From a bacterium (GTDB lineage: Bacteria > Zhuqueibacterota > QNDG01 > JAFGCO01), in the NCBI GenBank assembly GCA_016930535.1, contig JAFGGN010000085.1, positions 39,281-103,280 of the forward strand: a stretch of DNA of 64,000 bases, read 5' to 3'. A model generated the notes under the pieces. It saw only the letters and a program-made list of their open reading frames with translations, was not told the DNA's origin and did not search any database. Shown one piece after another: positions 19,232 to 29,461 of the stretch (its first letter is position 1; each line of letters opens with the position of its first letter). A program made the position numbers and the translations under genes.

Positions 19232-20452
19232 TCAGAATTCATACTTCATTTTGACGGAAATATCCATTCCTTCCACATTCAGTTTGATGTTCCCCTGCTC
19301 ACGCGATCCGGCTAGGTATTTCAGATAAAATTCCATCGTCGTCGAATAGGAAAACCGGTATTCCCCGCCGAATCCGCCTCCCAGTACATGGGTTTTGGCC
19401 TGTCCGGCTTCATTTTCACCGTAAAACCGGCCGTCGACGAGTATATGTATCCCTCCGCCGACGATGGCGAAGGCTTTCCAAATGAGGTTCAGATCCAGCT
19501 CGGGCCGGTTGGTATTGTAGGCTTCCTCCTGAAACTGGATCGCCTGCAAATACCGGTTTTTATTTTTCTGTCTGTAGTTCATCAGAAGCCAGACGTATTG
19601 TTCGTCATATCGGTAAAAAAGACCGGTATTCAGAGTCAGCCGTGTCCCGGATTGATACATTTCTTCGCCATCGACGATATCCCGCTGAAAATAGGTGACG
19701 ATACCGTCCAGCATCCATTTCATATCATCCATCAGCCGCACATCCAACCCCATATGCACGCAGAATTCATCACCGGGATCGAACTTTTTATCATAATTGT
19801 GAAGCAGCGTGTCATTGATCAGATAATTATGCAGCGGAACATATTCACCTCTCAAATGATAACTCAGACCACCGCCCAGGACCAGGTTTTCCATCAGCGG
19901 ATACGACAGAAAAGCGCCTGCTTTGGCGAAAAATCCCTGTCCGTATACAGGCATTTGAAACTGAAAAATATTATTGTAAAGATAATTCGATATGATGTTT
20001 TCCATGTAATTCAATTTCGTCTTGCCGACCGGAAGCCCGAGACCGGCGATACACAGCAACCTGCTGTCCCACATCAGCATGTTCCCCTGTACATAAAAAT
20101 CAGACAATCCGCTGAGATTCCATTTTTCCTGTTTTGGGGAGAACACATACTCGGTATGTTCCGGGTTGGTGAACTGCCTGCGATTGATCAGCGCCGTGTA
20201 ATCGGTGCGTCCGAATGAAAACGATGAATAAATATTCAGGGTACTGCTGAGGGGTATGACCATTTCAACCGGAATGGACAGCTGCATCAGCGGATTTGTC
20301 ATCACCCTTTCCTGACGCCACATTTGCAATCCTGCTCCTGATTTGATGTATCCCTGCGGAGATGTCGGCATGATTTCCTGCTGTGCGGATACCGGCAGCC
20401 AGAGTAACGGAATCAGTAAGCATACACACATTAAATGTCTCATTATGATCAT
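19232..20452 (-). CDS. outer-membrane beta-barrel protein, paralog A (partner of giant protein A)
   Basis: It has a signal peptide, and the C-terminus ends ...KMKYEF (aromatic terminal residue). It is clearly homologous to 29462..30577 through shared YGQG, DPGDE, YRQ-KN, DGRFYxENExG and KYLxG blocks. There is a 36-nt gap after giant gene A. Confidence 0.6.
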   Translation of the reverse strand: MIIMRHLMCVCLLIPLLWLPVSAQQEIMPTSPQGYIKSGAGLQMWRQERVMTNPLMQLSIPVEMVIPLSSTLNIYSSFSFGRTDYTALINRRQFTNPEHTEYVFSPKQEKWNLSGLSDFYVQGNMLMWDSRLLCIAGLGLPVGKTKLNYMENIISNYLYNNIFQFQMPVYGQGFFAKAGAFLSYPLMENLVLGGGLSYHLRGEYVPLHNYLINDTLLHNYDKKFDPGDEFCVHMGLDVRLMDDMKWMLDGIVTYFQRDIVDGEEMYQSGTRLTLNTGLFYRYDEQYVWLLMNYRQKNKNRYLQAIQFQEEAYNTNRPELDLNLIWKAFAIVGGGIHILVDGRFYGENEAGQAKTHVLGGGFGGEYRFSYSTTMEFYLKYLAGSREQGNIKLNVEGMDISVKMKYEF

Positions 20453-20488
20453 CCTCAGTTTGATTTGCGCTTCATGAACGGTCCGGGG

Positions 20489-23400
20489 TTATTTGATCAG
20501 CACCATTTTTCGTACAGCAGTTTTGTTCGCAGCCTTCAGCTGATAGACGTACACTCCGGTGGGTAATTTCATCCCCCGGTCATCCGTTGCGTCCCATTCG
20601 ACCGCATGTTTTCCGGCGTGACAGTCCTTTTCAACCATATACCGAACCCGCTGGCCAAGCGCATTATAAATTGAAATCCGGACATCCGATTTTTGGGGAA
20701 GGGTGAAATTGATCGTGGTAACCGGATTGAACGGATTGGGTGAATTGGGCAGCAATGCGAAATCAACGGGTTCCAGAGAAATGCCCTCCCTGTTTTTCTC
20801 CAGAAACTGTGCGGTACCCGCAATCATTTTAAAGGTTCTGCTCATATTGTCCGGATCGGAATTGAATCCATACAACCGGTCTTTCATCAGATCTACGGCC
20901 ACTTCGCTTTCAAAATCGATGAGATAGGCTTTCCAGTTCTCGGGCAGATCGGAAAGATGATTCCAAGTGATCTGATGCCTGGTCTGCGATTCGCCGCAGA
21001 GGACGGACAGTTTCCAAACCTGCCCATCCGTTTCGGTCGGACGAATATCCGCCGCATAGATGTTCGGTTTCTCCTCCCAGTCCGCATGTTCAAAAGTCAA
21101 CGATACGCCGTTCGCAAAGCCGCGCGGCGGCTCGGGTCTGTCATACAGATCAACCTGCATGGACGCGTGTTCGCGGACACCCGCATAATTGTACTTGTCA
21201 CAGCTGTAATCGTCCGATACAGAGATCTGCATGATCCATGACGTTTCTTCCAGATTATCAAGCAATCCCCTCCCGTTTCCGGCCGTTTTACTCAGAGACG
21301 CGTCTTCGGGATGGATGAAGAGATAACCCGGTTCAGGCGATGCATTGAAAAACCAGTAACCTTTCCAGGGCTCGAGATACGGAGTGTCCGGCCGGTAGCC
21401 GTCTTCCCCTTCCCAACCATAGGGCGGCGTGATCTGGGCCGATGAAAGGGAACAGTCCGACCATTTGATGGTGAAATTGTAGGGATTGCCCACCATATTC
21501 CAGCCGGGCTGCAGTTCCTTCTGAAAGCTGGTATCCGTGCTGACCGTATGACCGCCTCTTAAAGAGAACTGACGCTCGATATTGGAAACAAGCCAGTAGG
21601 CTCTCCCGGGAGGCATCGAGAAGGATCCCTTGTACAGATCCGAGAATTCAACATAGATGATGCCTTCGGGATCGTAATTGTACCAGACCTGACTGCGCGC
21701 CGGATCCCACCAGAACAGGCGCCACTGAAACGGATCGTAGTCTTTTATTGAAATCCCCGTGAAAACGGTATCCGCGCCGATATGATCGAGAAAAAACGGA
21801 ACCGAAAACATGGCGGCGAGCTGATACCTGCCCGTACTCATACGCTGGGGCGTGTAAACCAGCTGCGTTTGCATGGATTCAAACCTGATCGGTATCGATT
21901 TCGGTTTGTTGACGGGATCCATGACCGGATATGTAAACATGTGCTGTGTACTTGAAACCACTTCCACATAATACTCGACACCCCGCAAAGTGACCGCTTC
22001 TGACGGAATCACGGCACGGAATGTCTGGTCATTTTCCGGGAAGGCATTCGCGGTTTGATAGGAGATCCGGCCGCTCTGCCTGTAATACAATGTCATGCTT
22101 GAAGCATTGACAGCCACGGGTACGTTCAATGTGAGGGTGATCTGATCGCCCGCGTAAGGCGTGGCCGGCGTGAGTGCAGTCGGCCGTATACCGGCATCGA
22201 TGACCGGATTCATGCTCCAGATCTCTCTGTTGATCGTGGAGAAACGCAGTTCATCCAGATATCCCTGGAAATAACCGGCATATCCGCCGTTTTTACGCTC
22301 AGCCGCACCGAGAAGAAGCGGACGAACCAGGTCTGCAGTTTCAAGATCCGTATTCCATGTCTCCGACCATATTTCAGTGAAATCGACGAACATCCGCCCT
22401 GTTTTCAACTGATGGTCGTAAACAAAGGCGAGATGATGCCAGGCATTATCGTTGACCCTCGGCCCGACACCGTCGATTCCGTTCACAGTCACACGGCCGA
22501 AATTGTTGATGCCCACGATCAGGTCGCCCTGCATCAGGGAATCCTGAAATCCCTTGCCGATAAGGACCTGGGACACGGTGTCGGTCTTGAAATAGCATTC
22601 CAGTGTCAGGCTCTGGGTATGGAAATCGTTCTGCAGCAGCTCGTCGCCGGGAATCTCAACCCTGTCATTGTATCCGTCGAACCGGATGCAGGCATCGAAA
22701 AATCCTTCATCGTTCACGATCCGTGAACCGTTCCATAAGAATCCGTTCAGACGATTCCCTGAATTGTCAAAAATGGTATCCCCGTGCGATTCGTTGAAAT
22801 GATAGAGCATCACCGTGTATCCGTCCGCAGCATATTCGGCTGAACCCGGGCTCAGATAACCGGTTCCGGTCAGCGTGATCGCGGTCTGGGGTGAATTTTT
22901 GGCATTGCTTTGAATCGTGAGCGTTCTTGCATACGACGAAGTGGCCTGAACCGGTTTGAATGTCACGGGAAGAAATACGGATTGAAGCCGGTTCAATGAA
23001 AATGTCTGCATATTTTCAGGAATGCTGAAAATGGTATCCGCGCCGGATATTTCATGAATCGTCAGAGTCTGATCCCCGGGATTCGTGACAATCAGATTCA
23101 TTGTACGGGTAAATCCGAGCTTGACCTGATCGAACGGCAGCTGATACGCGGACAGGATAATCTGAGGAGGTATGACGTTCAGTTCCCAGGCTTTTCTGTC
23201 GATATTCGATATCCTGATCTCATCCATGAACCCGTAAAATACCCGGGACCCGCCGATATCGGAACCGTAGCGTACGGAGCCGCCTGCCAGGCTCAGTATA
23301 TCCCCGATGAAAGATACGCTGTCCTGAACCAGACCGTTTACCATCAGCCTTGCCCAGGATCCGTCAATGGACAGGGATACATGATACCATTGTTCGAGAT

Positions 23401-26400
23401 TGAAATCATCCGATTCGGGGCCGTGGAGCGTGAATCCCTGATTGAGCTGGTTCCATATGCGTGCCACAATTTCACTGTTTTCACCGCTTGTAAAGGCGAT
23501 TTCGAACTGTTTGGTGTTGTCCCCAAGCGCTCTCTGTACGATCAGGGCACCCGTGTTCGGAAGTGCGGACAACCGGAACCAGTTTTCAACCGTGAAATAG
23601 GCGCTCACCTTGCCCTCCAATGCCTCGGAAGGCAGTTCGAAATATCCGCCGTAAAACCGGAGCCCTCCCCCGAAACGGCCGGTATCTGAAATAGCAACCT
23701 GGTCGTGAAGGGTTCCGTGTTTGCCGTTTCCTGAAAAATCGCCTACCGTGACGCCGTCCACTCCGACTGAATCGAGATGAAACAGGGACAGGGTAAACGG
23801 ATCTGTTGGATAAGGTTCCTGCTCGATCGTGGGAATTCCGCTGCCGGACAGATTCACCTTGCGTTCCGGCCAGAAAGGATCGTTTGTGTAAAAAGTCAGT
23901 GCACCCGGATGCGATCCCAGCGTGAGTGCCTTGAATGTGATACGGATACGCCGGCTCTCCTCCTGAAGAAGATAGAACTGCTGTGTATCCGACTGGTAAT
24001 AGGCATCCAGATCAATGGCGATGCTGTCCACAAAAAGCGTATCCATGCCGAGCATGTTGTTCACCGAAAGTTCGAGTGTCCGGCTGGATCCCAGAAATAC
24101 ATCCCCGAAATTCAGCTGGGACGGGGACACGGATATTCTGGCCATATTGACATTGAATTCCCATGTATCGCGTCCCACACCGGATATGCGCACCTCGTCC
24201 ACGTTGCCTGAGAAGGCATTGGCCGAAAGCCAGTCCCCGCCGACAAGCATGGAAAGGGTGTCCAGGATGGTATGGCTCTGGTCGCTTGCCATGGTTCCGC
24301 CGAAGTACCGTGAATCGACGCTGTTGCCGTTGACATAAAGGTAAAGACTGTCCTCACGCTGTACAAGGGCCGTATGATACCACTGATTCAGCTGCACGGC
24401 CCCCAGTGCCGAACTGTTGACCTCGAACAGATCCTGTTCCGTATTGTACATCCTCCCGATAATCCGTCCGCCGTTATCGATGTACATGTCAAATTGATTG
24501 GCGGCCACGTTCCCCCGCCTGATGATCACGCTCTGCGTAATCGGATAGCGGTCGATCCTGAACCAGGTTTCCACGGTGAATCCGCCCCATACCGGACCGA
24601 ACCGGTCCTCCGAACCGGGTTTCACCAAAATCCGGTCCGCCGTATTTTTGAATTTGACGGAAAATCCTTCATCGAATTTCCGTATGGAGGCATCGTAGGT
24701 GGTGCTGCCCTTGAATGCGCCGTCCATTTCCTGACCGGAGCTGTCAGAAGCGACCAGGGGCGTATTGTCATCGAAGTGATACAGCCCCAGGGTAAACGGA
24801 TCCGCCTCATAACGCCCTGCCCGGAAATTGCTGACCGATCTCCCGCGTATGGGCACATTGTATGTGGGAAAAGTCGGATCTGAATTGACAATCACGAGGG
24901 ATTGACCATCTGCATGGTCATTTTCAGTATCAGGATGGTACGTCATCCAGATGATAGTGGATGATTGCGGCATGAGATTGATCGGAAGCGTGACCTCTTC
25001 GTCGATAAATTCGGACGGCGTATACAGATTGGCAATGGTGAGTATCTGGGAACCCCGGTTGTATATGGTCACCGGAACCCGCCTGGTCTGATCCATGAGC
25101 ACATAACCGAACTCGATGGGAGACGGCTGAATGGATATTCGTGCCCGGTTGACGTGAAACTCCCAGGACTGTCTTGCAATGGAAGAAATGTGAATCTCAT
25201 CGATCAGGCCGTTGAACGGTAAATAGCCCGTGGATGTGGCCCCGATGGCCATGGGTTCTGAGGTCTGAGGCCGCAAATCGTTCGACATGGCGGCCTTGGA
25301 GATGGGATCCCCGTTTAAGTAAAGGACCAGACTGTCCATATCCCATGTAAATGCTGCATGGTACCATTGATTCACATTGAAAATGCCGATGGAGCCGGAA
25401 TATATCGTATGCTGATTTCCGCCTGAATCCCAGACGCTGCCCATCAGGCCCTGACCTGTCTGATTGTCGAGTGCGAGTTCGACCTGCCGGGTCTCATTGT
25501 TGCCGCGCCGCATCAGAACGGCATATCCGGATGGGAGTTCCACGATATTGAACCACAATTCGACCGTGAAGGGTGTTTTCTCGAAATTCAGATGGCTGTG
25601 ATACGGAATCTGCAGGTAATCCGATTCCCCGTCGAGCCGGACGGCCTTATTGAAACCGGATTGTGAATTTTCCTGTGTCGGCTCCCCCTGGACAAAGGCA
25701 TCCTTCTCGAGAATCGAGGCGTCCTGAACGGACGATGCGATGGATTCATCATCCAGATGATACAAACCGATGGTGAATTCGTCACGGGTATAGGGACGCG
25801 TGGCCGGCAAAGACGTATTGAGCGTATCCACATAGGCCTGCAGCGTGAGCTCGATTACCGGCTCATCCGGATCATTTGAATAGATGCTTGCCACATCGAT
25901 CTGGGTCGATTTGCCCGCTGTTACAGGCGGAGAGAATGTCACTTCAACCTGCTGCATTTCTCCGGGCGCCACGGTAAACGAAACGTCATCGAAATGAAAC
26001 CAGGAGTTCAGCCACGTGATATTGTCAACCCGAAGCAGCGTGGTTCCCTCATTGATCACGTTCAGAATACGCGGCCGTGACTGGCCGGGAATGACCGGAC
26101 CGAATTGAAGCGGGCTTTCCGGGTAAATGGCGATATCCGGCTGGATAGAACTGCGGAAAAGATACACACCGTCACTGCCGTCGGCCATTGCGACCACACC
26201 GTTGCTGGCGGAAATATCGAGCGCGAGCGCCTCGCCGTTTGTGTTATAATATCCTGTCTCGGGAAACAGCCCGGGTGTTGAAAAATCAAATACACGCAGG
26301 CCCGATTCCGAATCGGTCAGGTAGATGGTTTTCTCGATGATCTGGATATCCGTAATATTTCCACCCGTAGTAACTCGCTGAACGCCGTTCGTCTGAAGGT

Positions 26401-28033
26401 TCCAGAGCAGGAATCCGTAGCGTCCGTTGGCCACGAACAGCGTGTCGCCTACTATGGCCATGCCGTATGCATCGATATCATTGGTCAGCGCATGTGTCTG
26501 AACCGGAAGCGCGGGAAGATCAATGATGTTGTATACAAAGACACTGCTGGAATCCACCAGAATGGCCCGATTGTCACTGACCAGAATTTTTTTGGATACG
26601 CCCGGCGTATTGATCTGCTGTTTTTTGAAAAATCCGCTGTAATCGAGCACGATGAAGCCGTCCGTACCGCAGGCCAGGAGCGCATAACTGCTGCCCTGCC
26701 TCTGATAAATATCCACATCGTAGCATGCATCCTCGATGTCCGAATACTGACCGATGTCGACCGGATTGGCGGGTGTGATCACATCGAGAACACGCAGACC
26801 CGCCGTGCCGTCTGCCAGGAATGCATATCCCTGCCTGACGGTCACGCCGCGAACCTCGCCCTGCGTATTAAATGAACTGTATACGGGAAGATGGTCCTTG
26901 TCCGACTGACTGTAGCTCAGACTGATAATTTTCAAACCTGCCCGGCCGTCAGCCACATAAAGCATGTTGTTGTCAATAAACGCATCATAGGCGTAATCCG
27001 ACGGGCTGATCGTTTCAGTGACGGAGGATTGCTGTCCTTCTTTGACATCCACCAGCAACAATCCGTTGGGCCCGTCGCAGACGAGGGCCGTCGAATCGTC
27101 CTTTATCCAAACACGGTTCGTATATCCTTCCGTATTCAATGCAGGAAAAATCTGCGACCCGGGAGCTGCGGGATTCGAAATGTCGATCGGACCCACAAGG
27201 CCTTCCTCGCCGCATGCAATAAAAAGCCGGTTGCCGCGATAACGCATATCGACCACATCCAGAGGAAGACTGTCCGTCCAGGATCCCAGCTCAACGAGAT
27301 TTTCAGGATCGGAATAATCGACTGTGCGCAGACCTCCGTATCCCGCGGCCACATAGGCCACAGTTCCGCTGATGATGACGTTTTTGGCCTGCGGATCCGA
27401 TATGGGAAATCCCTGAAATGCCGGCGCAAAACCGAGAGAATCATGCACCACGGGCGTGTCTTTTTTCTTCGTATTGACGGAAAACAAACCGGATTCATGA
27501 ACCGCAAGCAGTGCGAGTGAATCGTTCACGACCCACACGTCCATGGCGGGATTGGAAGTGAGATAATATCCCTCTATTTTCGGCTGATAATAATTATGAA
27601 CACCGTAAATCAGCAGACCGCTGGTTCCGGCTGCGACATAGACGTACTTGTTGAAAAATCCGACACCCGTTGCATCTCCCTGAATCGGCACCGTTGAAAT
27701 AATCTCGAGTGTATTTTCGGCCGTGTTCAATTCAACCAGAATCAGTCCATGATGACCGCATACGGCGTAAATCATGTTCAGGGTCGATTCCACCCATATA
27801 TCCTTGATCGCGCCCGGAAGCAGAATTTCGAGATAGGGATCCAGGGAGCCTGACGCATTGGTCGTATAAACCTGAAGATAGGCACCGTTGCCGATAAATG
27901 TATAGTCGCCGCGCTGAAATACCGCTTCACAGCGTCCTTCGGCCCACTGGGCACTGCGTTCCACATTGAACTGCTGTGCCATTGATCCGAAACTGATGGT
28001 CAGCAAAAGCAGGGTAACGGTTTTTCTTAACAT
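20489..28033 (-). CDS. giant secreted protein A (2514 aa): N-terminal LVIVD-repeat beta-propeller, about 4 alternating choice-of-anchor-D Ig-like and LamG/concanavalin-A-like modules, C-terminal T9SS sorting domain
   Basis: It has a signal peptide. LVIVD-type repeats include YVADGRAGLKIISL, FLADGTAGLRVLDVITPANPV and IYLTDSESGLRVFDFSTPG. Choice-of-anchor-D-like segments include FGPVIPGQSRPRILNVINEGTTLL. LamG_3-like modules include FTLGLYHFDD...WYH...LYVNG and YTVMLYHFNESHGDTIFDNSGN. The C-terminus PNSPNPFNPVTTINFTLPQ...GVYVYQLKA is a Por_Secre_tail-type sorting domain. An RBS GAGGAG precedes the start. Confidence 0.8.
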   Translation of the reverse strand: MLRKTVTLLLLTISFGSMAQQFNVERSAQWAEGRCEAVFQRGDYTFIGNGAYLQVYTTNASGSLDPYLEILLPGAIKDIWVESTLNMIYAVCGHHGLILVELNTAENTLEIISTVPIQGDATGVGFFNKYVYVAAGTSGLLIYGVHNYYQPKIEGYYLTSNPAMDVWVVNDSLALLAVHESGLFSVNTKKKDTPVVHDSLGFAPAFQGFPISDPQAKNVIISGTVAYVAAGYGGLRTVDYSDPENLVELGSWTDSLPLDVVDMRYRGNRLFIACGEEGLVGPIDISNPAAPGSQIFPALNTEGYTNRVWIKDDSTALVCDGPNGLLLVDVKEGQQSSVTETISPSDYAYDAFIDNNMLYVADGRAGLKIISLSYSQSDKDHLPVYSSFNTQGEVRGVTVRQGYAFLADGTAGLRVLDVITPANPVDIGQYSDIEDACYDVDIYQRQGSSYALLACGTDGFIVLDYSGFFKKQQINTPGVSKKILVSDNRAILVDSSSVFVYNIIDLPALPVQTHALTNDIDAYGMAIVGDTLFVANGRYGFLLWNLQTNGVQRVTTGGNITDIQIIEKTIYLTDSESGLRVFDFSTPGLFPETGYYNTNGEALALDISASNGVVAMADGSDGVYLFRSSIQPDIAIYPESPLQFGPVIPGQSRPRILNVINEGTTLLRVDNITWLNSWFHFDDVSFTVAPGEMQQVEVTFSPPVTAGKSTQIDVASIYSNDPDEPVIELTLQAYVDTLNTSLPATRPYTRDEFTIGLYHLDDESIASSVQDASILEKDAFVQGEPTQENSQSGFNKAVRLDGESDYLQIPYHSHLNFEKTPFTVELWFNIVELPSGYAVLMRRGNNETRQVELALDNQTGQGLMGSVWDSGGNQHTIYSGSIGIFNVNQWYHAAFTWDMDSLVLYLNGDPISKAAMSNDLRPQTSEPMAIGATSTGYLPFNGLIDEIHISSIARQSWEFHVNRARISIQPSPIEFGYVLMDQTRRVPVTIYNRGSQILTIANLYTPSEFIDEEVTLPINLMPQSSTIIWMTYHPDTENDHADGQSLVIVNSDPTFPTYNVPIRGRSVSNFRAGRYEADPFTLGLYHFDDNTPLVASDSSGQEMDGAFKGSTTYDASIRKFDEGFSVKFKNTADRILVKPGSEDRFGPVWGGFTVETWFRIDRYPITQSVIIRRGNVAANQFDMYIDNGGRIIGRMYNTEQDLFEVNSSALGAVQLNQWYHTALVQREDSLYLYVNGNSVDSRYFGGTMASDQSHTILDTLSMLVGGDWLSANAFSGNVDEVRISGVGRDTWEFNVNMARISVSPSQLNFGDVFLGSSRTLELSVNNMLGMDTLFVDSIAIDLDAYYQSDTQQFYLLQEESRRIRITFKALTLGSHPGALTFYTNDPFWPERKVNLSGSGIPTIEQEPYPTDPFTLSLFHLDSVGVDGVTVGDFSGNGKHGTLHDQVAISDTGRFGGGLRFYGGYFELPSEALEGKVSAYFTVENWFRLSALPNTGALIVQRALGDNTKQFEIAFTSGENSEIVARIWNQLNQGFTLHGPESDDFNLEQWYHVSLSIDGSWARLMVNGLVQDSVSFIGDILSLAGGSVRYGSDIGGSRVFYGFMDEIRISNIDRKAWELNVIPPQIILSAYQLPFDQVKLGFTRTMNLIVTNPGDQTLTIHEISGADTIFSIPENMQTFSLNRLQSVFLPVTFKPVQATSSYARTLTIQSNAKNSPQTAITLTGTGYLSPGSAEYAADGYTVMLYHFNESHGDTIFDNSGNRLNGFLWNGSRIVNDEGFFDACIRFDGYNDRVEIPGDELLQNDFHTQSLTLECYFKTDTVSQVLIGKGFQDSLMQGDLIVGINNFGRVTVNGIDGVGPRVNDNAWHHLAFVYDHQLKTGRMFVDFTEIWSETWNTDLETADLVRPLLLGAAERKNGGYAGYFQGYLDELRFSTINREIWSMNPVIDAGIRPTALTPATPYAGDQITLTLNVPVAVNASSMTLYYRQSGRISYQTANAFPENDQTFRAVIPSEAVTLRGVEYYVEVVSSTQHMFTYPVMDPVNKPKSIPIRFESMQTQLVYTPQRMSTGRYQLAAMFSVPFFLDHIGADTVFTGISIKDYDPFQWRLFWWDPARSQVWYNYDPEGIIYVEFSDLYKGSFSMPPGRAYWLVSNIERQFSLRGGHTVSTDTSFQKELQPGWNMVGNPYNFTIKWSDCSLSSAQITPPYGWEGEDGYRPDTPYLEPWKGYWFFNASPEPGYLFIHPEDASLSKTAGNGRGLLDNLEETSWIMQISVSDDYSCDKYNYAGVREHASMQVDLYDRPEPPRGFANGVSLTFEHADWEEKPNIYAADIRPTETDGQVWKLSVLCGESQTRHQITWNHLSDLPENWKAYLIDFESEVAVDLMKDRLYGFNSDPDNMSRTFKMIAGTAQFLEKNREGISLEPVDFALLPNSPNPFNPVTTINFTLPQKSDVRISIYNALGQRVRYMVEKDCHAGKHAVEWDATDDRGMKLPTGVYVYQLKAANKTAVRKMVLIK

Positions 28034-28071
28034 GTGTAAGATTCTCCTCTTGATCCGACAGTCGTCATCAT

Positions 28072-29445
28072 TTATCGCTGCGGAGGTCTTGGAGGTTCAG
28101 AAAGCTGAAACGGCAGCACAGGAGCCGGAGAAATACTGGCCTCGACAAAAGGCTCACGGGAATTGTTGCCCGGAAGGATCAGGGCATTATGCTGCAATCC
28201 CATCCACTGCAGCCGGTTGTATGAACTGACGATATCCGGCGGCGGTGAAAACACGAGTCGCGCGCGTCCGCGTGCGGACGTTTCGACGAGATGCCGGACT
28301 TCATACGTCACACGCATCTGATTGTAATTCTGTGTCACTTCCCAAATTTTCGGATTCAGCATATAATCCTGGGCATTGATAAAAGAACCGTCGTATCTCA
28401 GCGCATTGTGAAAATGATTCTGGGCGATCGAGAAATTACCCTGATCGAGCGCATCAAGACCGCGGCAGTAGCTGATAAACGCCAGCATATTTTCCGTGGG
28501 AATTTCGAGCAGCTGATCACGCTGTCTGTCGTTCATAAAAATATCGAAGAAATCCGAAATCCGCATGGCCAGTTCTTTTTCAATTTTAAAAAAGCGGGCC
28601 AGATTGCCGTCGAAATTCATGCTCAGGGCTGTGGCATTCGTTTCAGCGGTAATGATTTCCGAATCCAGCGTCATCTTCAGATCATCCGTAATCAGGTACG
28701 ATCCGTTGATCAGATACCTGGCACCCAGAATACGCGCCACGCGCTGCTGAACACCCGGTTCGCGCATGCTGACCGGATTCAGTCCCAGCTCGGACATCAG
28801 ACGGTTCAGCTTGACACGGTCGATGACCACCAGATTCGGTATAGTGGAAAGGTCCTGGGCGATGATTTCAGCAAGACCTTTCTGCAGGGGATCCCATTCG
28901 ACATTGTCGCTCAGGTTGAGAAAATAGGTCACCACCACGCTGTTTTCCGGAAATTCCTCGAAACGGCGGATATCCTCTTCCTGAATGGCCTTGTTCAGTT
29001 CACGTCCGATTTTCTGCTGCGAGACCCAGTTGAGACGGCCGAACATGAAATAGCGGTAGGGATCGTCATCGGGCAGCACTTTGTAACGCCTGTAAACGGA
29101 CAGGGCCTCGTTTTCCTGATCAAGCGCCTCCCGGGACATCCCGAGAAAAAACAGAGCCTTGCCATGAGCCGGATCCTTTTCCAATACTTTTTCAAATATT
29201 TTGGCCGCGGCCGAGTAGCTCTGCTTGTGCCAGTAGGCCACACCGATTCCTGTCATCGCTTCCTTATCGTAAAGAATGAAGCGCTTCCCGTCACGGATGC
29301 GCGGCCTCAGCATCATCAGATAATTCCGGATGGCCTTGTCATAATCCTTACGATCAAGCTCTTCTTCCGCAGCATGATATTTTGAAGTTGCGCACCCGCT
29401 GAAGAACACAGCGAATATCAAAACTGCAGCAAGTTTCCATTTCAT
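28072..29445 (-). CDS. lipoprotein with N-terminal TPR region, central CsgG/LpoB/FlgO-like alpha/beta domain and Pro-rich C-terminal tail, paralog A
   Basis: The lipobox is FFSGC. It is paralogous to 37015..38442 (KDYDKAIRNYLMML vs NDYERAMQAYIRSL; DGKRFILYDKEAMTGIGVA vs DGKRYIRYQPVAMTRIGIS; LPDDDP vs LPADDP). The central segment VVVTYFLNLSDN...LAEIIAQDLS is weaker than in the paralog. The tail is SEPPRPPQR. Confidence 0.55.
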   Translation of the reverse strand: MKWKLAAVLIFAVFFSGCATSKYHAAEEELDRKDYDKAIRNYLMMLRPRIRDGKRFILYDKEAMTGIGVAYWHKQSYSAAAKIFEKVLEKDPAHGKALFFLGMSREALDQENEALSVYRRYKVLPDDDPYRYFMFGRLNWVSQQKIGRELNKAIQEEDIRRFEEFPENSVVVTYFLNLSDNVEWDPLQKGLAEIIAQDLSTIPNLVVIDRVKLNRLMSELGLNPVSMREPGVQQRVARILGARYLINGSYLITDDLKMTLDSEIITAETNATALSMNFDGNLARFFKIEKELAMRISDFFDIFMNDRQRDQLLEIPTENMLAFISYCRGLDALDQGNFSIAQNHFHNALRYDGSFINAQDYMLNPKIWEVTQNYNQMRVTYEVRHLVETSARGRARLVFSPPPDIVSSYNRLQWMGLQHNALILPGNNSREPFVEASISPAPVLPFQLSEPPRPPQR

Positions 29446-29461
29446 GAAACAACCCCAATGG